Shown piece by piece: positions 39,518 to 50,101 of a DNA stretch of 64,000 nt; the first letter of the stretch is position 1; each line of letters starts with the position of its first letter. The position numbers and the translations under genes are program-made. Source of the DNA: Marispirochaeta sp. (GTDB lineage Bacteria; Spirochaetota; Spirochaetia; JC444; Marispirochaetaceae); contig CAXXFF010000002.1 of the NCBI GenBank assembly GCA_963676835.2, positions 1,056,001 to 1,120,000 of the forward strand. Direction: 5' to 3'. The notes below the pieces were generated by a model, which was given only the letters and a program-made list of their open reading frames with translations, did no database searches and was not told the DNA's origin.

Positions 39518-39814
39518 ATGCCGGGATTTGATGGAACAGGCCCTATGGGCTATGGATCTATGACAGGTTGGGGCCAAGGCCCCTGTGGCCGCGGCAGACG
39601 GGGTTTTGCCGGACGCAGAGGAGGTGCCGGGTACGGTGCAGGTTCAGGCAGAGGACGCCGGGGCGGCGGATTCGGCTGGCAGGCAGCACCAATGGGTACT
39701 GTTAATGAGCAGGACAATGCTGATTACCTGCGCCGCAGAGCGGAAGTCCTGGAAGAGGAGCTGGCAGAAACCCGCCGGGTACTGTCGGAAATGGAAGCAG
39801 ACTCTCAGGAATAG
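39518..39814 (+). CDS. DUF5320 family Gly/Arg-rich protein
   Basis: MPGFDGTGP.G.G.MTG.G.GPC, RG-rich middle, coiled-coil end. Confidence 0.85.
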   Translation: MPGFDGTGPMGYGSMTGWGQGPCGRGRRGFAGRRGGAGYGAGSGRGRRGGGFGWQAAPMGTVNEQDNADYLRRRAEVLEEELAETRRVLSEMEADSQE

Positions 39815-39951
39815 AAACTTGTGTCTTGACTGTTTAGCTATTACAATTTCAAAAAGAAAAAGAAGATGGGCATCTCTTGAAACCTGGTTTTTTCGCCATT
39901 GTTAAAGTGCAGTAAGCTGAGATGCCCTGATTGCAGTATTCAGGAGTGCTC

Positions 39952-40641
39952 ATGACCATTCATCTTCTGTATGATAACCAGTCTGTCCGGTCCGGAATAG
40001 AATCCGGATGGGGATTCAGTTGTCTTGTAGACGGGCGAATCCTTCTGGATACCGGTGAAGCAGGTCCGGCACTTCTGAATAATTTGAAAAAAATGGAGAT
40101 TGCCCCGGAAGAGATTGAGGCCCTGGTAATCTCCCACCCCCATTGGGATCATACCGGCGGACTGGAGGATCTCCGGGAGATGCTGCCTCATGTTCCAATT
40201 TATCTTCCTGCAGGCGCAGTTGAGAGCTTTCCCGGAAAATCTTCTCTCAAAAATGCTGAGCTTGTAATCTGTAAGGATCCTGTTCACATCGGTTCGGTCA
40301 AAACAAGCGGTACATTTCTCTGTTCTTATAAGGGAATGCCCATGCCGGAACACGGGCTGGTAGTCAGTTCCCCCAAGGGTGTCAGTCTTATAACCGGATG
40401 TGCTCATCCCGGTATAGAAGCAATGGCAGAAGCCGTTGCTGAATCCCACCCTGAAGAGACTCTCCATGCGGTATTCGGCGGTTTTCATCTTATGGATCAG
40501 GAAGCGGATCATATAAAAGCCGTCTACTCCCGTTTACGGCAGTTAGGCTTTACCCGCATAATCGGAACCCACTGTTCCGGTGAAACCGCCCGGGAGCTGA
40601 GTGACTATAAAACCGGCGGCGGTGACATCTTTTCCCTCTGA
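39952..40641 (+). CDS. MBL-fold metallo-hydrolase
   Basis: WGFS, DTG, SHPHWDHTGG, GCAHPG, GGFHL, HCSG. Confidence 0.88.
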   Translation: MTIHLLYDNQSVRSGIESGWGFSCLVDGRILLDTGEAGPALLNNLKKMEIAPEEIEALVISHPHWDHTGGLEDLREMLPHVPIYLPAGAVESFPGKSSLKNAELVICKDPVHIGSVKTSGTFLCSYKGMPMPEHGLVVSSPKGVSLITGCAHPGIEAMAEAVAESHPEETLHAVFGGFHLMDQEADHIKAVYSRLRQLGFTRIIGTHCSGETARELSDYKTGGGDIFSL

Positions 40642-40683
40642 ACAGGTAGACCATCTCCGATAAATCACGCTATTTTCGACAGC

Positions 40684-41577
40684 ATGAAGCAGCAGAACGA
40701 TACTCTATTTCTTTTTTTAATGGTCCTTGCCATGTTTCTCTGGGGGGCAAGCTGGGTTTCGGGTAAGCTGGTTACCGGAGAGCCTGTTGCATTTGACCTT
40801 ATTGTATTCTGGCGCATGCTTATCTGCTTCATCGGCTTTGCTGCATTCTATCCGGTCCGCCGTTTCAGGCTGCGTCTGACACCCGGACAACTTGTTCCGG
40901 TTATTGTCAACGGCTTCCTGATGGTGCTCTACAACTATCTCTTTTTTACCGGAATCAGCCGGGGACTTGCCGGTAAGGCCGGGGTCATCGTTACCTCGCT
41001 GGCACCGGTAATTACATTCACCATCGGGTTTTTCTTTTTCCGGTTCTCAATCCGGAAGATTCAGGTAACAGGTGTTTTTCTCGGGCTTCTTGGCGGGGTA
41101 CTGCTGCTCGAGCCCTGGGCCATCAGTATGAGTGAACTCTACTCCAGCAGTTTTATCCTGCTTCTGGCGGCGTTAACCTGGGCTCTGATTACCCTCATAA
41201 GCGGTAAAGCCATGGAAAAGGGCGTCGGCTCTTTCAGCTACAATTTTTATTTCTATCTCACCGCCTTCATCGGTAGTACCGCACTCTCCCTGGATAATCA
41301 TCCCTTTGATTTCAGTCAGTATTCAACCGGTTTCTGGGGGAACATACTTTTTCTGGCTGTTTTCGCCACCATCGGTGCCACCAGCATCTACTTTTTCGCC
41401 ACCAGCCGTATCGGGTCTGCCAGAACCTCCGGTTTCCTGCTGCTGGTTCCTGCATTCGCCCTTGTTCTCAGCTGGATTGTTCTTGGAGAGGTTCCTCAGG
41501 TAACTACCCTCCTTGGCGGAGGTGTTGCGGTCTCCGCGGTCTATCTGATCAACTCAGTAAAGAGCGGCCGGGGATGA
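40684..41577 (+). CDS. DMT (EamA) family transporter
   Basis: LWG..W, about 10 TM segments in duplicated halves, LGE. Confidence 0.9.
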   Translation: MKQQNDTLFLFLMVLAMFLWGASWVSGKLVTGEPVAFDLIVFWRMLICFIGFAAFYPVRRFRLRLTPGQLVPVIVNGFLMVLYNYLFFTGISRGLAGKAGVIVTSLAPVITFTIGFFFFRFSIRKIQVTGVFLGLLGGVLLLEPWAISMSELYSSSFILLLAALTWALITLISGKAMEKGVGSFSYNFYFYLTAFIGSTALSLDNHPFDFSQYSTGFWGNILFLAVFATIGATSIYFFATSRIGSARTSGFLLLVPAFALVLSWIVLGEVPQVTTLLGGGVAVSAVYLINSVKSGRG

Positions 41578-41719
41578 TTTTCGGGCCCTGCCTGCGGGGG
41601 CCGGTGTAGCAATACTTTCTGTATTTCTGTAGAATACGTTCCTGCCGGAGGATTATCCCTTTTATTCTTTTACCTTTTTATTCTTTTATCCTTTCGGCCA
41701 ACTTTTAGTACTAATCAGG

Positions 41720-42400
41720 ATGCATATGATCTTCGGTAAATGGTATCAGCAGCAGGCCTTTAACCATTTTGTGCGCGGCAACTTCGATAAAGCCGAACGC
41801 TGGTTTCAGAAGCTTCTTTCCTCAAAACCCGGAACCGTCGGAGTCCGGCACAATCTTGCCCTGGTTAAGCTCGCCATGAAGCGCCATGATGAAGCGGTGC
41901 AGCTTCTCAATGATGAGCTCGACCGTTTCGGCGGCACCTACGAGCGCTACCGCGGTCTTGCAGATGCCTACTATCTCTGGAGTCATGCAGAGGAAGCAGC
42001 CGAAGCGTACCGCAAGGCTCTGGAAATGGGGGTGGAAGGCAAAGACAGGGTTTTTCTGACAACCCGCATTGAAATTTGCTCCGATGAAACCATGTTTGCC
42101 TCCGCCATGGAGGGGCTTAAGCTTTTCAACGATGCCAACGATATGCAGAGAAGCGGTCACTACGAAGAAGCCCTTACCCTGTTCCGCAAATCTGTTGATC
42201 TGGATCCCAGTAATTTCATTGCCCACAATAATCTGGGAAGTCTTCACATGAATTACGAAGAAGACTACCCGGCGGCCATAGCGGAGTTTGAAGCCGCTCT
42301 GGCCTTAACCGAACTGCCTTTGATACAAAAAAATCTGCAGATGTGCAGAGATAAAAGAGATAAACAAGCGAAGGAAAGGAAACACCATGCAAATGATTGA
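41720..42400 (+). CDS. Tetratricopeptide repeat protein
   Basis: Repeated A...Y.KALE and AHNNLG motifs. Confidence 0.8.
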   Translation: MHMIFGKWYQQQAFNHFVRGNFDKAERWFQKLLSSKPGTVGVRHNLALVKLAMKRHDEAVQLLNDELDRFGGTYERYRGLADAYYLWSHAEEAAEAYRKALEMGVEGKDRVFLTTRIEICSDETMFASAMEGLKLFNDANDMQRSGHYEEALTLFRKSVDLDPSNFIAHNNLGSLHMNYEEDYPAAIAEFEAALALTELPLIQKNLQMCRDKRDKQAKERKHHAND

Positions 42401-43742
42401 AGATGTTAAATCCATTTTTTCCGCAGCCGTCAAACGGGTCGATCCGGCCCTGATGGTTGAAGAACTGGTTACTGTAGCAGGAAACACCCTGACTATCCGT
42501 ACCGAATCGGAGTCAGCGGAGTACGACCTGTCAAAATATAACCGTATCGTCGTTATCGGTGCCGGAAAAGCCAGTGCAAAGATGGCTCTGGGACTGGAAG
42601 CCTCCCTGGGAGACCGGATTACCTCCGGCCTTGTGGCGGTAAAGACAGGACACACGGAAACCCTCAAATACATTGACCTCATTGAGGCGTCCCACCCCAT
42701 GCCCGATGAGAGCTGTGTAGAAGCTGCAACAAAGATCGCGGAAATCTGTTCCGCTGCAGACGAAAAGACCCTGATTCTCAACCTGATATCAGGCGGCGGT
42801 TCCGCACTGCTCACCGCTCCCTATCAGAACGATGCCTACAACATTACCCTGGACGATATTCAGGCTGTTACCGGCCTGCTGCTTGCCTGCGGTGCGGTAA
42901 TTCAGGAGATCAATGTTATCCGCAAGCACCTGTCTGCTGTACAGGGAGGCCGTCTGGCAGGATTCGCCGCACCGGGAACCATGGTCAGCCTGATTCTTTC
43001 CGATGTTATCGGTGATCCTCTCAATGCCATTGCCTCCGGTCCTACCGTTCCGGATCCCACCACCTATAAAGATGCCATGGGCATAATAAAGAAATATGAC
43101 CTCGGGGCGAAACTTCCCGCATCGGTGGCGAAGATTATGGAAGACGGAGTTGCCGGTAAAGCGGAAGAGACCCCTGGCGAAGATTCTGAAATCTTTAAGA
43201 ATGTTCAGAATATTCTTATCGGAACCAACATCTCCGCTCTCTACGCAGCATCAGAAGAGGCTGAGCGTCTTGGATATGCTCCGGTTATTCTTACTTCCCA
43301 GCTTTCCGGAGAAGCCAGGGAGATTGCCAAAGTTTTCTCCGGCATGTGCAAGGATATGACCCGTAACCGGCTTGCCTTCAAGCGCCCCGCATGTATCATT
43401 GCCGGCGGCGAAACAACCGTTACCCTCCGGGGCAAGGGTAAGGGCGGCCGTAACCAGGAGATGGCCCTGGCCTACATGATTGAGTACCTGGATAATCCTG
43501 AAGGCATGGAAAATACGGTATTTCTCTCCGGAGGAACCGACGGAAACGACGGCCCCACCGATGCTGCCGGCGGTATCGCTCATCTGAGTGTTATGAAGAG
43601 CATGGTGGAGAAGGGACTTGATCCCCTGGAGTACATCGGCAACAGTGATTCCTATCACTTTCTGAAAGAGTCCGGCGGACTGCTTATGACCGGCCCCACC
43701 AACACCAACGTCTGCGATGTGCAGATTCTGCTGGTAAAATAG
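42387..43742 (+). CDS. Glycerate 2-kinase (MOFRL, class II)
   Basis: GAGKAS, HPMPD, ISGGGSAL, IASGPT, GGETTV, GGRNQE, GTDG.DG, TGPTNTNV.D. Confidence 0.93.
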   Translation: MQMIEDVKSIFSAAVKRVDPALMVEELVTVAGNTLTIRTESESAEYDLSKYNRIVVIGAGKASAKMALGLEASLGDRITSGLVAVKTGHTETLKYIDLIEASHPMPDESCVEAATKIAEICSAADEKTLILNLISGGGSALLTAPYQNDAYNITLDDIQAVTGLLLACGAVIQEINVIRKHLSAVQGGRLAGFAAPGTMVSLILSDVIGDPLNAIASGPTVPDPTTYKDAMGIIKKYDLGAKLPASVAKIMEDGVAGKAEETPGEDSEIFKNVQNILIGTNISALYAASEEAERLGYAPVILTSQLSGEAREIAKVFSGMCKDMTRNRLAFKRPACIIAGGETTVTLRGKGKGGRNQEMALAYMIEYLDNPEGMENTVFLSGGTDGNDGPTDAAGGIAHLSVMKSMVEKGLDPLEYIGNSDSYHFLKESGGLLMTGPTNTNVCDVQILLVK

Positions 43743-43754
43743 ACGGAGTAATTC

Positions 43755-43997
43755 GTGTTCAATAAAAAACGGGACGATATTATCGAGCTTGCCAACAGGT
43801 TCGAAGCAGAACGGTTTGCAGCTATTATGGAGCAGGAGGAGATCCCCTGCTCCATAGTTTCCCGTCATTCAACGGTCTACGACGGAATCTTCCAGCTTCA
43901 GGAAGGCTGGGGCTTCGCGGAGATTCCGCCGGAGTATCGTGAAAAGGCTGCAGCTTTACTGGAAGAGTACCGGAACAGCGCTGAAAAGGGGGAGTAG
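43755..43997 (+). CDS. DUF2007-like small protein
   Basis: N.FEA......E.EIP, YDG.F, A..LL. Confidence 0.6.
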   Translation: MFNKKRDDIIELANRFEAERFAAIMEQEEIPCSIVSRHSTVYDGIFQLQEGWGFAEIPPEYREKAAALLEEYRNSAEKGE

Positions 43998-44070
43998 CTC
44001 CCTTTACGGCTCCATCCAAACCGTTTATAGTTAAACAAGATCGACCGATAGTTAAAAACAGGATATTTAT

Positions 44071-45312
44071 ATGTGGTTAAAAGTGCACCTTTTGTCGATC
44101 AGCGTCGGTTTCGGTGCTGCAGCGACCCTCACTTTTCTACTCTTTACAACGGCAATACTTTTTTTCGTCTCTCATAAACACAGCTATATCTACTATCTTC
44201 TTCTGCAGGCGGCATTTCTTCCCTACCTTACAGGCTTGGCGGTCTATGTTTCCGGCGGTGAAGATGCCTGGGTTCTGTTCTGGTTCAGGGTTTGTGTTGC
44301 CGGATTAATCCTGCCTCCCCTGGCACTGGAGTTTTTCCTCGGATCCCTGGTAAACCGTCAGAGTCCTGTCCGTCAGCTGTTTATCGGTCTTTCGGGACTT
44401 ATGCTGCTTCTTGTTCTTCTGATACGGCCGGATTTGATCGCTTCCGGAGAGATCAGTATTCATCCTCTTGGTTTCTACTCGGTGGACAAAGGTCCCCTCT
44501 TTCCTTTTGTCGCCGCCTACTCGGCACTCTGTCCTCTCTTCTCCATGGGTCTGTTTATCCGTACAGTCCTTGCGGTCAAAGGCTTGTGGAAAAGATATTC
44601 AATGATTCTCTCCGGACTGGCGGTGTGGATTGCCGCAATGCTGGTGGAGGCACTTATTTCGTTCAGAATCGTCTCTTTCTATTCTGTGTCATGGACCGGC
44701 CCGGTCGTTATGGTTCTCGCTATCGGACTGCATATGGGCCTTGAGGTTGACCGCAGTTTCCGTACCAGCAAAGCAAAAATGCGGGAGAACAAAATTCTCA
44801 GACAGAAGCTGAAGTTTGATCCCCTTACGGGTCTCTATACCAGGGATTTTTTCAATACAATTCTGGAAGTGGAAGCGGATGCCTGGGCCCGCAAGCCCCA
44901 GGAGAACAGTATTCTCTTTATTGATGCGGATAATTTCAAGGGAATCAACGACCGTTACAGCCATGCCGGCGGGGACCGGGTACTGACTCTTATTGGTGAG
45001 ATTGTCGGGGAAAATGTACGCCGCTCAGATCTTCCCGCCCGCTATGGTGGAGACGAGTTTATAATCCTGCTGCGGAACTGTACCCGGGACAGTGCCAGAA
45101 TTCTTGGAGAGAAGATTATCGGAGACTACCGCCGCAGGCTGCATGAGGAGTATCCGGATATGCCCGAAGGATTTACCGGTTTGAGTATCGGGATCTCATC
45201 CTCCTCCTTCTGGGAGAGCGGACGCAGAGATCTTGTGGCTCTGGCGGACGAGGCTATGTACTGCTCCAAGAGACATGGAAAAAATCAGGTGGTGGTGGCC
45301 GAAGCGGGCTGA
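44071..45312 (+). CDS. Membrane-bound diguanylate cyclase
   Basis: About 7 N-terminal TM segments; DPLTGL, D.DNFK.IND, RRSD I-site, YGGDEF. Confidence 0.92.
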   Translation: MWLKVHLLSISVGFGAAATLTFLLFTTAILFFVSHKHSYIYYLLLQAAFLPYLTGLAVYVSGGEDAWVLFWFRVCVAGLILPPLALEFFLGSLVNRQSPVRQLFIGLSGLMLLLVLLIRPDLIASGEISIHPLGFYSVDKGPLFPFVAAYSALCPLFSMGLFIRTVLAVKGLWKRYSMILSGLAVWIAAMLVEALISFRIVSFYSVSWTGPVVMVLAIGLHMGLEVDRSFRTSKAKMRENKILRQKLKFDPLTGLYTRDFFNTILEVEADAWARKPQENSILFIDADNFKGINDRYSHAGGDRVLTLIGEIVGENVRRSDLPARYGGDEFIILLRNCTRDSARILGEKIIGDYRRRLHEEYPDMPEGFTGLSIGISSSSFWESGRRDLVALADEAMYCSKRHGKNQVVVAEAG

Positions 45313-45317
45313 CCTGG

Positions 45318-47663
45318 TTAAAAAAGTTCCAGCTGCTTTCCCAAAACAATCTCATCAAAGTTTGTATTCAGCCAGGGAAGCACCCCGTCTGCAATCGGTT
45401 TTATCTGCTTCTCAATATAATGTGCGTAGTCTATGGGGCCGGTACAGAGTTTTACCGGAACCGGACCTTCCGGGGTAATGAAGTACTCTACGCGGCGAAT
45501 GTTGCGTGTGCCTTCAGGATCCAGCATCCGTGCAGCCTTAACATGGGGCGGTACGTTCTTTACATAGCCTTCTGCTCTTTTGGTAAGTCTGCGGCGGTAA
45601 ATAAGTTTATCATCCCGGCTGCCGCTGTTAACGGCTTCCACCTCGCTGAGAATCCAGCGGGGGATCTCCTCTCCGCTGAAAAAACGGCGAAAGAGTTCAA
45701 ACTGAAACTCCCGGGCAAGCTCGGTCCAGTCGGAGCGGACATATTCCATACCCCGGAACTCAATTTCACCTGTATCCGCGAGCCTTCCGGCATACCGTTT
45801 TCGGGCCCCTTCGCTGCTTCCCCGCATGGGGGGAAGAAAAAAAACATCGTAGTGCTTCTCATATTCCAGTTCCAGATATGATTCAACCCCGTACTCTTCC
45901 CCAAGCAGCTTAGTCAGATATTCATTTACGGCGGACACAATTTGTACTGCAGCTTCATCCGCCCGGGGGATCTCTTCCTGCCTCAGCTGCACAAAAACGG
46001 AGTCGGTGTCACCATAGAGAACCTGGTAGCCCGATTCTCTCAGGCGGGCGGTGCTTGTTTTCAGCACCCATTGTCCGGTGCCGGTAATGGCCGTGGGCAG
46101 CCTGGGGTCGTAGAAGCGGCAGCCAGGGGTGCCCATAACCCCGTAGAAACTGTTCATCAGGATTTTTACCGCCTGACTCAGGGCGGCATCCCCGGCCCGC
46201 TTTGCTTCCGCCCTGCGCTCAAGGAGTTCCGCGATAACCCCGGGGAGAATGCTCCGTTCCCGGTTGAAACTGATTCCCGCCGGAGTATTCCCGGGGTTTT
46301 CGGAAGCAGTAAGCAGGGAGAGAGGATCTACGCAGAAGGTTCTTATAATGGAAGGATAGAGGCTGCGGAAATCGAGAACCACCACATGGTCGTAACGTCC
46401 GGGTTCGGTGGTGAAAACATAACCCCCTGCAGCCTGTTCCGCCGCATGGATGTCCTCTGTATCCGGGGCCGCATAACCCTGACGGTGCATTTTCGGCAGA
46501 TACTGAAACTCAAAGGCCGCCACGGACATGCTCACCCTGTCCAGCCGCAGACCGGTAAGCAGGCTTCGGGTCATGTACTGTTCTGTCAGGACCGTTGCCT
46601 CGAGAATACGGCTTACCAGGCGGCAGTCTTCAAAATTGTAAACCACCAGAGACTGCAGATCCTCCGCGAAGAGCCGCATAATCTCGGCGACCTTATCCTC
46701 ATCGGCTGAAATGGTTTTTCCGGTACCCAGCACTGTATTTGCCACGGTCTCCAGGGAGAAATCCGGAAAAGTGTGGAAGCCTCCCCGCATTGCCTGGGGG
46801 CCGTCCATCACAATCCGTCCCCGTACTTCGGCGGAGCGCATGCCGGACTGCTTCTGAAAACACCTTGCGGGCGATCCGTCCCGAGCAATTCCGAAGCGGA
46901 TTCCCAGCCGTTCGCAGGCTCGGTTGAGCATCTCCAGATCGAAGCCGATTACATTCCATCCGGTGAGAAGATCCGGGTCAAAGCGCTGCACTGCAGCTGC
47001 TGCTCCTTCAAGCATGCTCTTCTCGCTGCTGTATGATACGGGAATAAAGCCTTCTCCCGGCTGTACCCTGTTGTGTTCATCAAGAACATGAACCTCTCCT
47101 GCCTCACTTCCGTCAGAAGCGGTGTAGTGGAGGCCGACGCAGAGGATCTGCATATCCGGACTGGTTTCAATATCCAGTGAAAGGATGGAGAGAACCGGCC
47201 GGTACTCTCCGCTGCGGATCGCCGGATCGGTAATTATGCGCCGGGGGCCTGCGGCCGCCGCGCCGCCCCGGTATTCCAGGCTTCTGCGGATAAAACGCTC
47301 CATAAGAAACCGCTCTTCCGGCCGGATATCCGATTCCAGGGGGCGTATTCCGGAACTGCGAAGGCTGCTTTTCAGGCTGTTCAGCTGGCGCATGCCGCTG
47401 CAGTAGACAGCATACAGAGGGTTGCCGTGAAAATCTGTAAGTTCAACCCTTTTGGTGCGCACCTCATGGCGCTCTAAAAGGTCTTCGCCCCGGGGCAAGT
47501 CATCTTCCCTCAGAAAAAAAAGGGGTTCCTGCCGGGTAAAGCGGAGGGTCAGGGGGCCGGTATCATCAATGCAGTGAAGCTGAATTTCACAGCCGTTTTG
47601 TCTTTCAAGGCACTCTTCGGTGAGAATGTAGCAGTACCTGGGGCTTTCCGCTGGCATATCCAT
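45318..47663 (-). CDS. polB: DNA polymerase II (family B)
   Basis: Exonuclease LDIET, GWNVIGFD; polymerase LDFRSLYPS, KILMNSFYG, YGDTDS, KRYAG. Confidence 0.93.
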   Translation of the reverse strand: MDMPAESPRYCYILTEECLERQNGCEIQLHCIDDTGPLTLRFTRQEPLFFLREDDLPRGEDLLERHEVRTKRVELTDFHGNPLYAVYCSGMRQLNSLKSSLRSSGIRPLESDIRPEERFLMERFIRRSLEYRGGAAAAGPRRIITDPAIRSGEYRPVLSILSLDIETSPDMQILCVGLHYTASDGSEAGEVHVLDEHNRVQPGEGFIPVSYSSEKSMLEGAAAAVQRFDPDLLTGWNVIGFDLEMLNRACERLGIRFGIARDGSPARCFQKQSGMRSAEVRGRIVMDGPQAMRGGFHTFPDFSLETVANTVLGTGKTISADEDKVAEIMRLFAEDLQSLVVYNFEDCRLVSRILEATVLTEQYMTRSLLTGLRLDRVSMSVAAFEFQYLPKMHRQGYAAPDTEDIHAAEQAAGGYVFTTEPGRYDHVVVLDFRSLYPSIIRTFCVDPLSLLTASENPGNTPAGISFNRERSILPGVIAELLERRAEAKRAGDAALSQAVKILMNSFYGVMGTPGCRFYDPRLPTAITGTGQWVLKTSTARLRESGYQVLYGDTDSVFVQLRQEEIPRADEAAVQIVSAVNEYLTKLLGEEYGVESYLELEYEKHYDVFFLPPMRGSSEGARKRYAGRLADTGEIEFRGMEYVRSDWTELAREFQFELFRRFFSGEEIPRWILSEVEAVNSGSRDDKLIYRRRLTKRAEGYVKNVPPHVKAARMLDPEGTRNIRRVEYFITPEGPVPVKLCTGPIDYAHYIEKQIKPIADGVLPWLNTNFDEIVLGKQLELF

Positions 47664-47706
47664 AAGATACCCTATCCTTCAGCAGATATGATACACTTCC
47701 TGTGCC

Positions 47707-48582
47707 ATGAATATTCTGAAAAACGGTTCCATAGATCTTGAGCTTCTGCACAGTCTGGAAGAGAAACCCGAACTCTTTACTCCCGGTGATATCACTATCT
47801 GGACCGATCCCTATATTTCGGAACATATTCTCGATGCCCATCTGGATCCGGATTCCGATGATGCTTCCCGCAGGGAGGAGACCATAGATGAGGTGGTTGA
47901 GTTCATAGCCGGCCGCTTTCCCTTTACAGAGTTTCCCCGTCTGCTGGACCTGGGCTGCGGTCCGGGGCTCTACGCGAGTCGTCTTCATGATGCCGGTTAC
48001 CGGGTTACCGGCATTGATTTCTCCGCGGTCAGTATTAACTGGGCCAGGGACGAGGCTGAAGAGTACGGCTGGGATATTCAGTATCTGCAGCAGGACTACC
48101 GATCCTGGCAGCCCGAAGCAGAGAGTTTCGATATGGTCCTGCTTATTTTCGGTGATTTCTGTGTTCTCAGTCCGGAAGACCGGACAGTGCTGCTGGAAAA
48201 GGTCCGTTACGCCCTGGTTCCCGGCGGCGTATTTCTGTTCGATGTGTTTACCGAAATGTATCTGCCCCATCCGGATGAGCGGGGCTGGTTCACCATGCTG
48301 GAGGACGGCTTCTGGCGCCCGGACCATAACCTGGTTTTTGAAATCAAACACCGCTATCCCGAGGACTCGGTACATCTGAACCGCTATCTCATTATCACTG
48401 AAGATGGTGAGGTCCGTACCTGCAACATCTGGCACCGCTGGTTTGGCCGGGCGGAGATCCGCAAGCTTTTGAATGACTCAGGTTTCGAAGTAGCGGAGAT
48501 GTGGGCGGACCTGAAAGGAACGCCCCTGAAACCATCTCCGGAATGGATAGGAATTGAGGCCCGGTCAACCCGGGCCCGCTGA
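47707..48582 (+). CDS. Class I SAM-dependent methyltransferase
   Basis: LDLGCGPG, GIDFS, L.PGG.F.FDV. Confidence 0.9.
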   Translation: MNILKNGSIDLELLHSLEEKPELFTPGDITIWTDPYISEHILDAHLDPDSDDASRREETIDEVVEFIAGRFPFTEFPRLLDLGCGPGLYASRLHDAGYRVTGIDFSAVSINWARDEAEEYGWDIQYLQQDYRSWQPEAESFDMVLLIFGDFCVLSPEDRTVLLEKVRYALVPGGVFLFDVFTEMYLPHPDERGWFTMLEDGFWRPDHNLVFEIKHRYPEDSVHLNRYLIITEDGEVRTCNIWHRWFGRAEIRKLLNDSGFEVAEMWADLKGTPLKPSPEWIGIEARSTRAR

Positions 48583-48583
48583 A

Positions 48584-49417
48584 TCAGCCCTTTTCGACCT
48601 TCTCTACAATTGTTTCAACAATCTTCTGCATTGCTTCCGCTGCAGGACCTTCGGTATTGTGGATAAATGCTTCGCCGGAGTCACCTCCCAGCATAATCCG
48701 GGGATCAAGGGGCAGGTCTCCCAGGAAGTACTCTTCAAAACGTTCTGCTGTGGCCTTTCCGCCGCCCTTGCCGAAGATGGGGGTCATAGTGCCGCACTCG
48801 GGGCAGACAAACCCGCTCATATTCTCCACGATTCCCAGGATCGGAACCTTGAGCTCCCGGGCAAAGGTAATGCTCTTCATTGAGTCAAGGTTGGCTACCT
48901 CCTGGGGGGTAGTGACAATTATGGTTCCTGTCAGGTCCGGCAGCAGCTGACAGATTGTCAGGGGTTCGTCTCCGGTTCCCGGAGGGGTATCGATAATCAG
49001 GTAGTCCAGTTCTCCCCAGACGGTATCCTTGAGGAACTGCTTGATCAGGTTGAGTTTTATGGGGCCCCGCCAGATGATTGCCCGTTCCGGTTCAAAGCCT
49101 GCAAGTGCAAGGCTGACTGCCTTCAGGTTGGGGCCTGCAGGGATGGGCTCGATTCTGCGCTCCTCTTCCGAGGAGTAGAGCTTCTCGTGATCAATGCCGA
49201 GCATTTTCGGTACATTGGGTCCGTGAATGTCGATATCCATAATACCGGTACTTTTGCCCATCTTCGCCAGACCGAGGGCAAGGTTTACGGAAACCGTGGA
49301 TTTTCCGACTCCTCCCTTGCCGCTCATAACCATAATTATATGTTTAACCTTGCTGAGATTTTCCCGCAGGGCCCGGGTTTCTTCTGCCTGTTTCATCAGG
49401 GGATTTTCTTTTTCCAT
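48584..49417 (-). CDS. Mrp/NBP35 Fe-S cluster carrier ATPase
   Basis: SGKGGVGKS, D.D.HGP, D.PPGTGD, ENMS..CPEC. Confidence 0.95.
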   Translation of the reverse strand: MEKENPLMKQAEETRALRENLSKVKHIIMVMSGKGGVGKSTVSVNLALGLAKMGKSTGIMDIDIHGPNVPKMLGIDHEKLYSSEEERRIEPIPAGPNLKAVSLALAGFEPERAIIWRGPIKLNLIKQFLKDTVWGELDYLIIDTPPGTGDEPLTICQLLPDLTGTIIVTTPQEVANLDSMKSITFARELKVPILGIVENMSGFVCPECGTMTPIFGKGGGKATAERFEEYFLGDLPLDPRIMLGGDSGEAFIHNTEGPAAEAMQKIVETIVEKVEKG

Positions 49418-49546
49418 GGATGCTTCCGCCTTTAGTTGAAAATAGATATCAATAATACGGTGATGCCATAATCTGGTCAATAAGCAGGATCTGAGAGTTT
49501 GTCTTTCTTTACCGGTACCAGTAACTTTGTATATAAGGAGGCGCCT

Positions 49547-50080
49547 ATGAAAACAGTCCTGCTCCTCCATGCTGCACTTATAGCTCTAACTGCCTGTATC
49601 TCCGATCCGGTTCTTCAGGAGTTGAGCGACTATACACCAGAGCCGGAATTGAGCCCCACCCAGGTGGTCTATATTCAGGTAGAAGCTCTGCGCCATAATG
49701 ATGATCGCGATAACGGTATAAAGATTGCCGCCCGGTTCAATTCTCCTGAAAACAGGATGATTCTTCAGGAGAACGGTTCCTTTGCCGAAATCCTGCGGGG
49801 GGAAAGCTTCATGCCCCTGCTTTTTCCGGTCCGGATTGTCTACTATCGTGCGGGAACAAAAGACGGATACTACTTTCAGCCGGTAGAGATCTCCTCAAAC
49901 GAGGGGAGGGTTATGGTCTATCTCTTTTATCTCTCCCTCCAGACTGAACCGCCCTATGAGGACTGCTGGATGGTAGACGGTGTCCAGTCTTATGAGCTGC
50001 AGCCGGGTGCTGAAGATTCTCAGGAAGGAGTCCCGCCGATAAAAGAACTGGGAAGCTCAGACGGAATCCTTCAGAGTTAG
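49547..50080 (+). CDS. Lipoprotein, DUF4864-like
   Basis: Lipobox LTAC; P.P.LSP..VV..Q..AL..ND, CWMVDGV. Confidence 0.7.
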   Translation: MKTVLLLHAALIALTACISDPVLQELSDYTPEPELSPTQVVYIQVEALRHNDDRDNGIKIAARFNSPENRMILQENGSFAEILRGESFMPLLFPVRIVYYRAGTKDGYYFQPVEISSNEGRVMVYLFYLSLQTEPPYEDCWMVDGVQSYELQPGAEDSQEGVPPIKELGSSDGILQS

Positions 50081-50101
50081 AGAATCTTAGTTAAAAATAT
50101 C

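Noticed and set aside
41659..41695. CTTTTA(T) low-complexity run
   Set aside because: Short, imperfect intergenic pyrimidine tract with no evidence of function.
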